From the NCBI GenBank assembly GCA_029250885.1, contig JAQXEK010000002.1, positions 107,518-171,517 on the forward strand: 64,000 bases of DNA, in the 5' to 3' direction. The DNA comes from Planctomycetota bacterium. Lineage in GTDB: Bacteria; Planctomycetota; UBA1135; GCA-002686595. The notes beneath the pieces are model-generated. The model was not told the origin of the DNA. It saw only the letters and a program-made list of their open reading frames with translations, and made no database searches. This document shows, piece after piece, positions 20,653-30,030 of this stretch (position 1 is the first letter of the stretch; each line of letters begins with the position of its first letter). The translations under genes and the position numbers were made by a program.

Positions 20653-20840
20653 GGATTAATTGGGCACCGCGAAGTAAGCGGGTAAATGGAAAGGACGGCG
20701 GCGTAGGAAGACTCGGCAGTCTACGGGAGCCATGGGGGCGAGGCGGCATTCGGATCCCAACAATTCAACCCGAGATCATGGTCGGGCTGACATAACTCTT
20801 GGATCGCGGAAATCCGTCCTAATAAAGGTGGGGCGATGGC

Positions 20841-21863
20841 TTGCCCTTTAGGAGAAAGCGACTTCCAATGGAATCACCGGCCCTTGGCCGACCCGATTGG
20901 ATGGACAACCAAGACAACCCATTTGGCACACAGGGCCAGCCAGCTGCCCCTGAAATGCGAACTGATGCGGCCGCCTATGGCGCCGTGGAGGACGTGTCGG
21001 ATGAATCCGTATACGAGCCCAGCACTTCGGGCGTTCTCGAGGCCCTCGAAGCTAGCCTGGCCACTTCGATCGATGGTTTAGCGATCTTGGATCGCGAGCT
21101 CACTTTCGCTGGCGCCGGGCGTGTGGACTTCGCCGGTATCGATGGCGATGGCCGCTTGGTCCTGGTGCTCTTGCTTGACGACAACCTAAACACCGCCAGC
21201 GCCGAGGCCCTGGACCTGGCCGTCATCGCGGAGCACCACGGGGACCTCATTGCGCGCCACATGGATGTATTGGACCGAACCGCCGGCCTGCCTGTCCGCT
21301 TGGCTCTGGTTATGGAGAGCTTCAATCCACGGCTGCGCGCTCGCCTCGCGGTACTGCGCTCGGGCTTCGAGCTGTTTGAGCTCCAGAGCCTCAGTTCGAT
21401 GCGCGGCCAGCAGACCTACCTCGTGCCGGTAGAGTCCGGCCATGTCGAAGGAGCTGCAGCCATGGACCAACCCCAGACCCTCGAGATCGCCCCGGAGGAG
21501 TTCCTGCACAGCCTTGGGGCGCCCGCCCGGGACGTCGCGGAGGTGCTGCTTGCCCGCATGCAGCGCATGGACTCGGAGTTTGACGTCTATTTCACCGAAG
21601 CCGGTGGCAAGTGGTCCTTCAACGGCCGCGACTTCCTGCGCATCGACCTGCGCAGCGACCGCATTATCGGCCGCGTCCTGCCCAGCGGCCCGCCGCTGGT
21701 GCTCGAGGACACCATCGCCGTAGAGAGCCTCGTGGAAGAGGCCTTTACGGCCTATGTTCGCCTGCTTGGGCTTCTCAACGACGCCGAAGAGGTGATCGAG
21801 GTCTCGCCGCCCATGGGCGAACCCCTGCTCTCCGCCGAGGAGATCGCAGCCTTCCAGGACTGA
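20841..21863 (+). CDS. Hypothetical protein (acidic; degenerate PD-(D/E)xK-like block)
   Basis: 340-aa ORF with coding-typical third-position GC. The block GRVDFAGIDGDGRLVLVLLLDD resembles the nuclease-core strand motif but lacks the E-x-K residues. Confidence 0.45.
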   Translation: MPFRRKRLPMESPALGRPDWMDNQDNPFGTQGQPAAPEMRTDAAAYGAVEDVSDESVYEPSTSGVLEALEASLATSIDGLAILDRELTFAGAGRVDFAGIDGDGRLVLVLLLDDNLNTASAEALDLAVIAEHHGDLIARHMDVLDRTAGLPVRLALVMESFNPRLRARLAVLRSGFELFELQSLSSMRGQQTYLVPVESGHVEGAAAMDQPQTLEIAPEEFLHSLGAPARDVAEVLLARMQRMDSEFDVYFTEAGGKWSFNGRDFLRIDLRSDRIIGRVLPSGPPLVLEDTIAVESLVEEAFTAYVRLLGLLNDAEEVIEVSPPMGEPLLSAEEIAAFQD

Positions 21864-21976
21864 TTCCCTATTGCTGTCCTCCCATTCGTGGGTAGTTGAG
21901 CCAACTTTGGCCATGACTTGGGCCAGCAGTGGCCATCTTGGGCCGATAGAGTGGGCAGATCGGAGCGATCGCCCCC

Positions 21977-22927
21977 ATGGGACACTTCCCAATGCGAAAG
22001 ATCCTCGACCTTGCGGGCCTCCGCGGTCGCCAGGATCCCCCAAGACGTCCAGCCTCGGCCCCCATTTCCATGCCCTACCCGCCTGAGCACGGCAAGGAAG
22101 AGCCTTGGATTGGAGCCGTGCGCGCCCGGTCCCTGTGCGTGGTCAGCGGTAAGGGCGGTACGGGCAAGTCGGTGACCTCAGCGTCCTTGGCGAGGCTCTT
22201 TTCCCGCCACGCCCGCACGCTGCTGTTTGACGCCGACCTAGGCGTGGGCAACGCGCACATCCTGCAGGGATCCGCACCAAAGCACACCCTCGGAGACGTG
22301 CTCGGAGGAAACCAGAGCCTAGATAGCATCGTCCATCGCTGCGAGGAGAACCTAGACCTGATCGCTGGCGGTTCAGGCGTTGCGCGCCTGGCTGCCCTGA
22401 GCGTGCCGGACCTTGCGGCCCTAGGCGACAATCTGGCGAACCTCGAGCGCGACTACAGTTACGTGATCGCAGACTGCGGCGCGGGCATCTCCGAGACGAC
22501 CCTGGGCTTTGCCCGGGCCTCGGACTCGCTCTTGATCGTCACGACCCCTGACCTGACTGCCATGACCGATGCCTACGCATTCCTTAAGGTGCTGGGCAAG
22601 CGTCGGGGCGACGCGCCTCCGATGCTGCTGATCAACCGCGCACAGGACGAGGCCGAGGCCGCGGCCGCCGCCGCGCGCATCGCCAACGTGTCCAAGCGCT
22701 TCCTTGGCTTCGCGCCGGAGTGGATCGGCTGGGTGCCCGAGGACCGCAGCGTGTTCGACAGCGTGAATCAGCGCCGGCCACTGGTCTTGCACGCTCCCGA
22801 TTGCGTAGCCGCTGACGCCTTCTTCGGCATTTTTGCCAACGTGCAACAGCGCGTCGACTCCCAACACCCAAGGGGCCTCGGCCTGCGCCTAGCCGCGGGA
22901 GCCGCCGTGTCCCTGCGCATGGCCTAG
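21977..22927 (+). CDS. MinD/ParA-family P-loop ATPase (FlhG/MinD-like)
   Basis: Deviant Walker A VVSGKGGTGKSVTSASLA; DADLGVGNAHILQG; ~50-aa N-terminal extension. Confidence 0.75.
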   Translation: MGHFPMRKILDLAGLRGRQDPPRRPASAPISMPYPPEHGKEEPWIGAVRARSLCVVSGKGGTGKSVTSASLARLFSRHARTLLFDADLGVGNAHILQGSAPKHTLGDVLGGNQSLDSIVHRCEENLDLIAGGSGVARLAALSVPDLAALGDNLANLERDYSYVIADCGAGISETTLGFARASDSLLIVTTPDLTAMTDAYAFLKVLGKRRGDAPPMLLINRAQDEAEAAAAAARIANVSKRFLGFAPEWIGWVPEDRSVFDSVNQRRPLVLHAPDCVAADAFFGIFANVQQRVDSQHPRGLGLRLAAGAAVSLRMA

Positions 22928-23170
22928 AAGTCGGCCCCAAGTCTCGACCGGCACCATCGTGTCAGTGCGGCCTTGGGGCATCTTGACGCCCTGTCACGTC
23001 TCCTTTTAGGTCAAGCACACCGGATCAAGCGCGGCCCAGTGCGCACTACTCTCCAGTACCTCTTGGAGCGAGCCCGAAGCGTCGTCCCGCACAGGTCACG
23101 ATCCACATTCGAAGCTGCGCCCGGACCTTATTGGCTCGTTTGGACAAGCCTAAATCACAGACTCAACTGC

Positions 23171-24367
23171 CTAATCGCCAGACGTCGTGACCGCGCCAGA
23201 TTCCAACAGGCGCCGCCTAAGGTTGTTGCCGAGGGCGGCCACGGGCGTAAGGACCCCGCCTCGCGTGGCCTCGCCGTTGGCCAGGGCTAGACCGGTTTGG
23301 ACAAGGCAGCGGATCGTGATCAGGTTCGACGGATCGCCGCTCCAATCCCACTGTCTTGTCATGGTCGGCTCGTCTAGGTCGCCCGCGATCAAAACCAGCC
23401 TGGCGAAGCCCGCGGCGATGCTCTTTTCGCTGGGGCCTTGGCCGGGCTTGGGGCCAAAGGTGCGCAGTAGGCTGCGGCCCGTGGCGGATGAAAGCATTGC
23501 GTCCGAGAGGGTCAGTAGTCCTGACATGAACTTGGCCCGGTGCCAGCGGCGTTCGGAGAGGTGCTCGGTATAGTGGAATGGATAGGCTCCGCCGGTCTTG
23601 CCGAGCAGCTTGCTTGAGCGGCGCGTGACCCACTCGTTGACGGGCGCCATGAGAAACGGCGCGGCCCAGCGCTGTTGGCTCGGGATAGGAAAGACCTTGG
23701 GTTCGCGCTCGGTACTGGGGGCAGGGGAAGCGTTGCCATCGGGGCTCTGAAAGGCCATCTCGCCGGACTCCCCGAGGGCGATCCCCGAGTGTAGGGTGCC
23801 TCCGTTGAGCCCGCCGCGGATACGAAAGAAGCCCCGGATCCGCGAGGGCGACTGGCCGAGGTTGTCGAGCTCAGACGCGATGGAGTGCACGGCGATATCT
23901 GTGGGCACCGAGTCGAAACCGGAGCAGGGAATCAGGGTCGTCCCCGAGGCGGTGCAGGACTCGTGGTGGCGCTCGATGATGCGCGTGATCCAGGGCAGCT
24001 CGCCGGTCAGATCGGCGTAGTGGGTGCCCGCTGCGGCGCAGGAAGCCACGAGCTGGTCGCCATAGAGGGCGAAGGGCCCGGCGCAGGACAGTACGACCCG
24101 GGCCCGGGCGGCTAGGGCACAGGTAGCCGCTGCGTCGAGCCCGTCGGCGACGATGCCCGGCACGCCAAGCTCCTCGGCTAGGGCCGTCACTTTGGTCTCG
24201 TTGCGGCCCGCGACGGCCACGCGCAGCCCGCCAGAGCTGCGACGGACGAGCTCCTTTGCAGCGAGGCGCCCGGTGAACCCTGTGGCGCCTTGCAGCACGA
24301 TGTCGAATTCGCGGTTTGAGTTAGTCATTGCATTCAAAAGGTCGAGCGGATTAACTGGATGCTGCAA
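23171..24367 (-). CDS. Saccharopine-dehydrogenase-like NAD(P)-binding oxidoreductase
   Basis: IVLQGATGFTGRL Rossmann motif and the Sacchrp_dh-like arrangement. Confidence 0.65.
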   Translation of the reverse strand: MQHPVNPLDLLNAMTNSNREFDIVLQGATGFTGRLAAKELVRRSSGGLRVAVAGRNETKVTALAEELGVPGIVADGLDAAATCALAARARVVLSCAGPFALYGDQLVASCAAAGTHYADLTGELPWITRIIERHHESCTASGTTLIPCSGFDSVPTDIAVHSIASELDNLGQSPSRIRGFFRIRGGLNGGTLHSGIALGESGEMAFQSPDGNASPAPSTEREPKVFPIPSQQRWAAPFLMAPVNEWVTRRSSKLLGKTGGAYPFHYTEHLSERRWHRAKFMSGLLTLSDAMLSSATGRSLLRTFGPKPGQGPSEKSIAAGFARLVLIAGDLDEPTMTRQWDWSGDPSNLITIRCLVQTGLALANGEATRGGVLTPVAALGNNLRRRLLESGAVTTSGD

Positions 24368-24386
24368 AGGCTACGGCCCACACACA

Positions 24387-25301
24387 ATGAACTCGTCGAA
24401 AAACCAACTGGACTCTGATCATAGCAGCTCGAATAGGGGCCCTAGCTCTGGATCGACTTCAACCCCAGCACCAGGGGAGCGCTTCACCCCCGGCGATGGC
24501 AGTCTACGGGCGCGAATGTGGCAGGTGATCTTCCTTGCGGATACTCGCGCAGGGAGGGCCTTTGACGTTTGGTTGATCGGCGCGATCCTGACCAGCGTCG
24601 TGCTGGTGATGTTGGAGAGCGTCAAGCCGATCGCGAGCGAGTGGGGGACCGAGCTCTGGGTCGGGGAGTGGATCTTGACGATCCTATTTACAATCGAGTA
24701 TTTGGCGCGACTTTACTGCGCCCGGAGCCCGCTGCGCTACGCCCGCAGCTTCTTCGGCATCGTGGATCTGCTCTCGACCCTGCCGACCTACCTGGTGGTT
24801 TTGTTTCCCGCCGCGCGCATCTTGGCGGTGATCCGCGTGCTGCGTATCCTGCGCGCGTTCCGGGTGCTTAAGCTCGCGGCCCATGTGCGCGAGGCGAATG
24901 TGCTGATGCGCTCCCTCGTGGCGAGCCGCCGTAAGATCACCGTGTTCCTGTTTGCTGTCTTTACGCTCACCGTAGTGCTCGGATCTTTGATGTACTTAAT
25001 CGAGGGCGAGGCGAACGGCTTCGACAGCATTCCGCGGGGAGTCTATTGGGCCGTTGTCACCCTGACGACCGTGGGCTATGGCGACGTTACCCCGCACACG
25101 CCTTTGGGGCAATTCGTTGCCGTCTTGGTGATGGTCATGGGCTATGGAATCATCGCGATTCCGACTGGGATCGTGACTGCCGAGATGACCGTGACAGCCC
25201 ACCGTGATCGGCGTAATTGCACGAACTGCCGTGAGGCCGGACACGCGCCGAATGCCATGTTCTGTAGGGCTTGCGGAAAGGAGCTCGCCGAGATCGAATA
25301 G
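24387..25301 (+). CDS. Voltage-gated-type K+ channel (6TM, TVGYGD filter) with C-terminal zinc-ribbon
   Basis: S4-like segment RVLRILRAFRVLKL; pore/selectivity filter TLTTVGYGDV; C-terminal CTNC…CRAC. The tracked ORF starts at 24153 but overlaps the convergent oxidoreductase gene, so the internal ATG at 24387 is preferred. Confidence 0.8.
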   Translation: MNSSKNQLDSDHSSSNRGPSSGSTSTPAPGERFTPGDGSLRARMWQVIFLADTRAGRAFDVWLIGAILTSVVLVMLESVKPIASEWGTELWVGEWILTILFTIEYLARLYCARSPLRYARSFFGIVDLLSTLPTYLVVLFPAARILAVIRVLRILRAFRVLKLAAHVREANVLMRSLVASRRKITVFLFAVFTLTVVLGSLMYLIEGEANGFDSIPRGVYWAVVTLTTVGYGDVTPHTPLGQFVAVLVMVMGYGIIAIPTGIVTAEMTVTAHRDRRNCTNCREAGHAPNAMFCRACGKELAEIE

Positions 25302-25471
25302 GCCAACAAGCCCCATAGAGTCCGATCAAACAGGCCTGCTTGCTGTGCAGGCAGTCGCGGCGATTAGGCCGAGCGGTGTGATTCGGCTCCCGAGCTGCGC
25401 CACAGGCATAAGGTGACCCCGCCGCACTTGACCTAGCGATGCTTGTGGTGATGGCCCGCTGATCGAGTAAG

Positions 25472-25744
25472 ATGCTAACTATGGAAAAGGAACCTGAGTC
25501 CGGGGGCGCAAAGCCGGAGCTCGAGCGCAATCTTGGCGAGCAGCCCCTCGCTGGCGTGATGGATGAAAACGGGTACAAGTCCTCGGACCTTGTCTCGGCC
25601 TCGTCCCTGCAGCTGACCCATAAGATGGTGGGGCGCGCCCGGCGCGGGCGCCGCCTGACTCCGAATACGAAGAACAAGGTGCACCAGGCCATGGCCGCGC
25701 TGCTCGGGCGGCCGATCGGCATGGGTGAGTTGTTTAACTATTGA
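25472..25744 (+). CDS. Small hypothetical protein, possible HTH DNA-binding
   Basis: 90-aa ORF; the segment SSLQLTHKMVGRARRGRRLTP looks helix-turn-helix-like. Weak. Confidence 0.3.
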   Translation: MLTMEKEPESGGAKPELERNLGEQPLAGVMDENGYKSSDLVSASSLQLTHKMVGRARRGRRLTPNTKNKVHQAMAALLGRPIGMGELFNY

Positions 25745-26009
25745 GGGAAGAGGGCTCCCTCTCTGGGTACACCACTAAAGCAAGGACATCCTGTGGGGCG
25801 TGTGGTGGAAGGCGATAAACGGCGCTCATATGGACCCAGTGTTGCAGTCCTTGTAAGGCGCATGCGCGGCGGCAAGCGACCTCTTGCCGATGAGTGCGGT
25901 GCCCGAGTCCGCGGGCATGCTCCTGGACTTGCAAGTCGCCCGGTGGCGAGGCCCAGAGATTGCCCCAAGCTTTTGTGTCACCAAGGAAGGATCTGCCCGT
26001 CCTTGTCGC

Positions 26010-26366
26010 ATGAAGAACAGCGCAATGATTGGGAGTGTGCCCCTGTGGGCTTGGGTCTTAGTGGGCTGGATGGCGGCAAGTGCCGGGACCGCAATCTGGC
26101 AACGCGGCAGCCTAGAGAGGGCCATTGGCGACCCCAAAGCGTTGGTCGAGTCCGTGGCAATTGATTGGGATCTAGACGCGATGTCCGCCCGGGAACTGCA
26201 AGCCTTACCGGGCATCGGGGAGAAGCGCGCCGTGGATGTGGTAGAGGCCCGCTGGCAGCACGATCCGGCCGATGGTGATTTTGACCTCGAGAGTGTGCGG
26301 GGGATCGGCGAGAAGACGGCAGCGGCCGCGCGCATCTTTGTGGGGGAGCGCCGGGCCACTCCTTAG
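26010..26366 (+). CDS. comEA: ComEA-family helix-hairpin-helix DNA-binding protein
   Basis: N-terminal TM segment; two HhH motifs (LQALPGIGEKRA, LESVRGIGEKTA). Confidence 0.7.
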   Translation: MKNSAMIGSVPLWAWVLVGWMAASAGTAIWQRGSLERAIGDPKALVESVAIDWDLDAMSARELQALPGIGEKRAVDVVEARWQHDPADGDFDLESVRGIGEKTAAAARIFVGERRATP

Positions 26367-26609
26367 TCGTCGTCCTTAAGGTCGCGTGGGGCTCGCGTTT
26401 CGAACCACGGACCGGTCTTGGCGGCAACCCTGCGCCTGGGTCCGGAAAGGGGTAGGAAGTCGATCGTTCCGGGAACTAGTATCCACCACTAAGGGCCGTC
26501 CGGATTCGGCCGCCGACTTCGCGGCCGCAGTCACGAGAGCGGCATTCGGGGCTGAGGGCGTGCTTGGGGACTGTGATCTTGGGCCAGAGCAGGTACACTT
26601 TGCCCTGCC

Positions 26610-27512
26610 ATGACAGCCCCCATTGCTAAGCCCAGCACCGAATCCCTGACCGACTTGCTCGGAGCCGATCAGTTGCGGCGTCTTGTCGCGCTTGCCATTG
26701 AAGAGGACCTCGGAGATGGCGACCTGACCTCGAGTACCGCCGTTCCGCCCGGCTCCCGGGTCTTGGCGAAGTTAGTAGCTAAGGGCGACGGCGTCCTAGC
26801 GGGATTGGAGCTCTTCCGGGAGGCCTTCTTGGTCTGCGATGAGTCCGCTACCATTAGACTGCTCAAAGCCGATGGCCAGTCCGTCGGTATCGGTGACCGG
26901 GTCGCCGAGGTCGTGGGTGATGCCAGAGCCGTGCTTGTAGCCGAGCGAACGGCGCTGAACTTCCTTCAGCAGCTCTCGGGTGTCGCGACCTTGACCTCGG
27001 CCTACGTCAAGTTGGCAGCCGGGCGCGCTCGCATTCTCGATACGCGCAAGACCGTGCCCTTTCTGCGATCTCTGCAGAAGTATGCCGTGGTCTGTGGGGG
27101 GGGCGCTAACCACCGGGTCGGCCTCTATGACGAGGCCATGATCAAGGACAATCACTTGGACCTGGCGGGACGAGACCTGGAGACGCTGACCCGCGAGGTA
27201 CGCGGCCGGCTGGGTAGCGACGTTCCGATCACTTCGGAAGCGCGCAACGAACAAGAGGCCAGGGGTGCGATTCGCGGCGGTGCAGATGTGGTCTTGTTAG
27301 ACAACATGAGCTCTGAGGAGATGACGCGCCTAGTGCCGATCCTGCGGGCCGAAGTTGGCGAGCGTCAGGTCGAGCTCGAGGCCTCCGGTGGCATGGGGCT
27401 TGCCGACGTCGACGCCGTTGCTGCCACGGGCGTCGACCGGATCTCCGTGGGTGCACTGACCCACTCCGCCCCAGTGTTGGACCTCTCCTTGCTTGTGGAG
27501 GTCCCCGACTGA
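26610..27512 (+). CDS. nadC: Nicotinate-nucleotide pyrophosphorylase (quinolinate phosphoribosyltransferase)
   Basis: QPRTase signature: ERTALNFLQ…, TRKT, DNHL, VLLDNM. Confidence 0.85.
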   Translation: MTAPIAKPSTESLTDLLGADQLRRLVALAIEEDLGDGDLTSSTAVPPGSRVLAKLVAKGDGVLAGLELFREAFLVCDESATIRLLKADGQSVGIGDRVAEVVGDARAVLVAERTALNFLQQLSGVATLTSAYVKLAAGRARILDTRKTVPFLRSLQKYAVVCGGGANHRVGLYDEAMIKDNHLDLAGRDLETLTREVRGRLGSDVPITSEARNEQEARGAIRGGADVVLLDNMSSEEMTRLVPILRAEVGERQVELEASGGMGLADVDAVAATGVDRISVGALTHSAPVLDLSLLVEVPD

Positions 27513-27967
27513 TGGACGTGGCTCCGATCACAATGTCCGTTGACCTGCCCGCCGTGCACTTCTCCGTGCTTATGGGCCGGCGCCTGGTCCAGTCCTTCGC
27601 TCGGACCGCCGAGATCGCCGATAGCGAGATCGACTGCCTCATGCTGGTGGTCTCGGAGCTGCTGGCGAACGCTGTGGACCACGGCGGTGGGGGCGGCGCC
27701 ATGGAGACCAAAGACTTAGGGGAGGACGTTCGCATGGAGCTGCGTATGAGCTTCGATGGGATGACCTGGATCTTGTCCGTGGAAGACCAAGGCGCCGGGG
27801 ACCTGGCCGAGGCCCAGCAGATTCTTGCCCGCAAACCGGGCGACGCCTTGGCCGAGTTAGAAGCCGAGCGCGGCCGCGGTCTATTCCTGATCCATGACAT
27901 GGCCGATGAGCTCTCGGTCCATCGCGGCGTCCGTGGCTTGGTCTTTTCGGCGACCAAGTCCCTGTGA
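27512..27967 (+). CDS. Anti-sigma regulatory factor-like GHKL ATPase (RsbW/SpoIIAB-like serine kinase)
   Basis: N-box ELLANAVDHG and G-box-like DQGAG. The start overlaps the nadC stop (TGATG). Confidence 0.6.
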   Translation: MDVAPITMSVDLPAVHFSVLMGRRLVQSFARTAEIADSEIDCLMLVVSELLANAVDHGGGGGAMETKDLGEDVRMELRMSFDGMTWILSVEDQGAGDLAEAQQILARKPGDALAELEAERGRGLFLIHDMADELSVHRGVRGLVFSATKSL

Positions 27968-27982
27968 GCCGGGCCGCCTAGC

Positions 27983-28501
27983 ATGGCCGTCAGCTCCCTG
28001 GTCATCATCCGCGGCTCTGGTCGCCTTGCCGTTGCGCTGCCGCGCAGCTTCTGGTTTGCCACAGCCACGGCCTGGGCTGGCGGCATCTACTACCTCTCCA
28101 GCCTTTCCTCGCCACCCTCTGAGCCCTCTTACCTTTGGGCTTGGATCGCAAACATGGCCCATGCTCCCCTCTACGGTCTGCTGGCCCTGTGGCTCGCGCT
28201 CGCCCTACCCCGGGCGGACAGTGACCTGGGACATAAGTGGTCGCGCTTAGACCCCAAGCACTTCCATCTCGTGCTCTGGAGCGTTGTGGCTTATGCCGTC
28301 TTGGACGAGCTTCACCAGGGCGCAATCGCTGGCCGAGACGCCTCGCCCTATGACCTACTCACCGACTTCTGCGCCGCATTCATCACCCTCAAGGTCGCGA
28401 CCGCAGCAGTCCAGGACGTCACGCCCAAGCAGATGAACCGGCGCCTAATTCGGGGCGTCTTGGTCTGCTGCTTGGCGGGCCTGGCCGCGACCTTCGGCTA
28501 G
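27983..28501 (+). CDS. VanZ-family membrane protein
   Basis: Four TM segments; the DELHQ motif characteristic of VanZ-like proteins. Confidence 0.6.
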   Translation: MAVSSLVIIRGSGRLAVALPRSFWFATATAWAGGIYYLSSLSSPPSEPSYLWAWIANMAHAPLYGLLALWLALALPRADSDLGHKWSRLDPKHFHLVLWSVVAYAVLDELHQGAIAGRDASPYDLLTDFCAAFITLKVATAAVQDVTPKQMNRRLIRGVLVCCLAGLAATFG

Positions 28502-28530
28502 CTCGCCCAATCATGTGCTAGATTACCCCC

Positions 28531-30030
28531 ATGCCTCCCCTTCCAAACAAGTGCGCGACCGTCGCCCTGGCCCTGGCCCTCTCAGCCTGTGCTTCGGAAG
28601 AAGATCCGGGCGCGGGTGCGGCGAGGACCGGCCGTCCTAACCTGCTGCTGATCTCGGTCGATAGCCTGCGCGCAGATCACACGACGCCCTACGGTTACAC
28701 CCCCAAGCACAAGCCCGAGGTCCAGACGACGCCTGCCCTGCAAAAGCTCGCCGACGAGGGCATCCTGTTCGAGCAGGGGGTGAGCACTACCTGCTGGACC
28801 CTGCCCGCGCACATGGCACTGATGACTGGGTTGCCAGGGGCCCTACACCAGGTCACGGACAACAGTCGCCGGCTGGATCCCGCGCTGACGACCCTGGCCG
28901 AGGCTCTCAAGGCCCAGGGCTTCCGGACGGCCGGCTTCTACTCTGGACCAAATCTGCACCCCGCCTTCGGCTTTGGGGCAGGCTTCGAGACCTACCAGAA
29001 CTGCAGTGGCAAGGACCTGCCTAAGGGCGCCTTCGAAGCGGCCCTCACCAGAGGCGATAACAAGGATCTGGTCAATCTGCACAAGGACTCCCACTCGGGC
29101 CTCAGCAGCCAGGCCCTGTTGGACGAGTCCAGCGCCTGGTTGGAAGATGCTGTGGATCAAGACGAGCCCTTCTTCCTGTTCGTGCATTGGTGGGACCCGC
29201 ATTACGATTACACGCCGCCGAAGGCCCTGGCAAAGAGCTTCGATCCGGAGTATCGGGGCAAGCAGACCGGGGTGGACTTCCTGTCCCTTGCGCGTTCGCC
29301 CAAGCCCCGGGATCTCGACCACATCCTCGCGCTCTACGACGCCGAAATTCGCTACACCGACAACCACATTGGCGAGCTTCTCGCCAAGCTCGAGGCGCTC
29401 AATTTGACGGACGACACCCTGGTCGTATTCACGGCAGACCACGGCGACGAGTTCTTCGAGCACGGATACCGCGGCCACCAGCGCACCTTATACGAGGAGG
29501 CTGTGCAGGTCCCCTTGGTGATGCGACTGCCAGGCGTCCTACCCGCGGGTGAGCGCGTGGAGGGAAACGCGGGATTGCAAGACATCTTCTCGACCGTGGC
29601 CGATCTCCTCGACGTCCCCATGCCGAGCTACGAGATCGGGCCCAGCCTGAGGCCTCTTTGGGAGACTGGTGACGACGGTCGCCAGCACTTTATGGAGCTT
29701 GAGTTGGCCCATAGAAACGTCCACATGACCAGTGTGCGCGACGGAGACACGAAGGTGATCTGGGACCACGAGAAGCAGCGCCTCGAGGTGTTTGACCTCA
29801 AGGCGGATCCCCTTGAACAGAATCCACGGGTGTCTATTGGGCCCTTTGATGAAGGAGACGAGTTCGCCGAACAGCGCGCCTTGGTCGCCGAGCACATCGC
29901 ACGCCTAGAGGAGCAGCGCAAGCAGCTGCCAGCAACACAGGGCTTCCGTGCCGACCACGAGCTCTCGGCAGAGCTTAGGGAAGAGCTCGCTCGCATGGGA
30001 TACCTCGACAGCGACGAGGCGGGCGAATGA
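28531..30030 (+). CDS. Sulfatase-family (alkaline-phosphatase-superfamily) lipoprotein
   Basis: NLLLISVDSLRADH; lipobox LSAC. No canonical CxPxR formylglycine motif, so specificity is unclear. Confidence 0.7.
   Translation: MPPLPNKCATVALALALSACASEEDPGAGAARTGRPNLLLISVDSLRADHTTPYGYTPKHKPEVQTTPALQKLADEGILFEQGVSTTCWTLPAHMALMTGLPGALHQVTDNSRRLDPALTTLAEALKAQGFRTAGFYSGPNLHPAFGFGAGFETYQNCSGKDLPKGAFEAALTRGDNKDLVNLHKDSHSGLSSQALLDESSAWLEDAVDQDEPFFLFVHWWDPHYDYTPPKALAKSFDPEYRGKQTGVDFLSLARSPKPRDLDHILALYDAEIRYTDNHIGELLAKLEALNLTDDTLVVFTADHGDEFFEHGYRGHQRTLYEEAVQVPLVMRLPGVLPAGERVEGNAGLQDIFSTVADLLDVPMPSYEIGPSLRPLWETGDDGRQHFMELELAHRNVHMTSVRDGDTKVIWDHEKQRLEVFDLKADPLEQNPRVSIGPFDEGDEFAEQRALVAEHIARLEEQRKQLPATQGFRADHELSAELREELARMGYLDSDEAGE

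Noticed and set aside
24153-24386. 5' extension of the K+ channel ORF
   Set aside because: It would overlap the last ~70 codons of the convergent oxidoreductase gene. The internal ATG at 24387 gives a channel of normal length.
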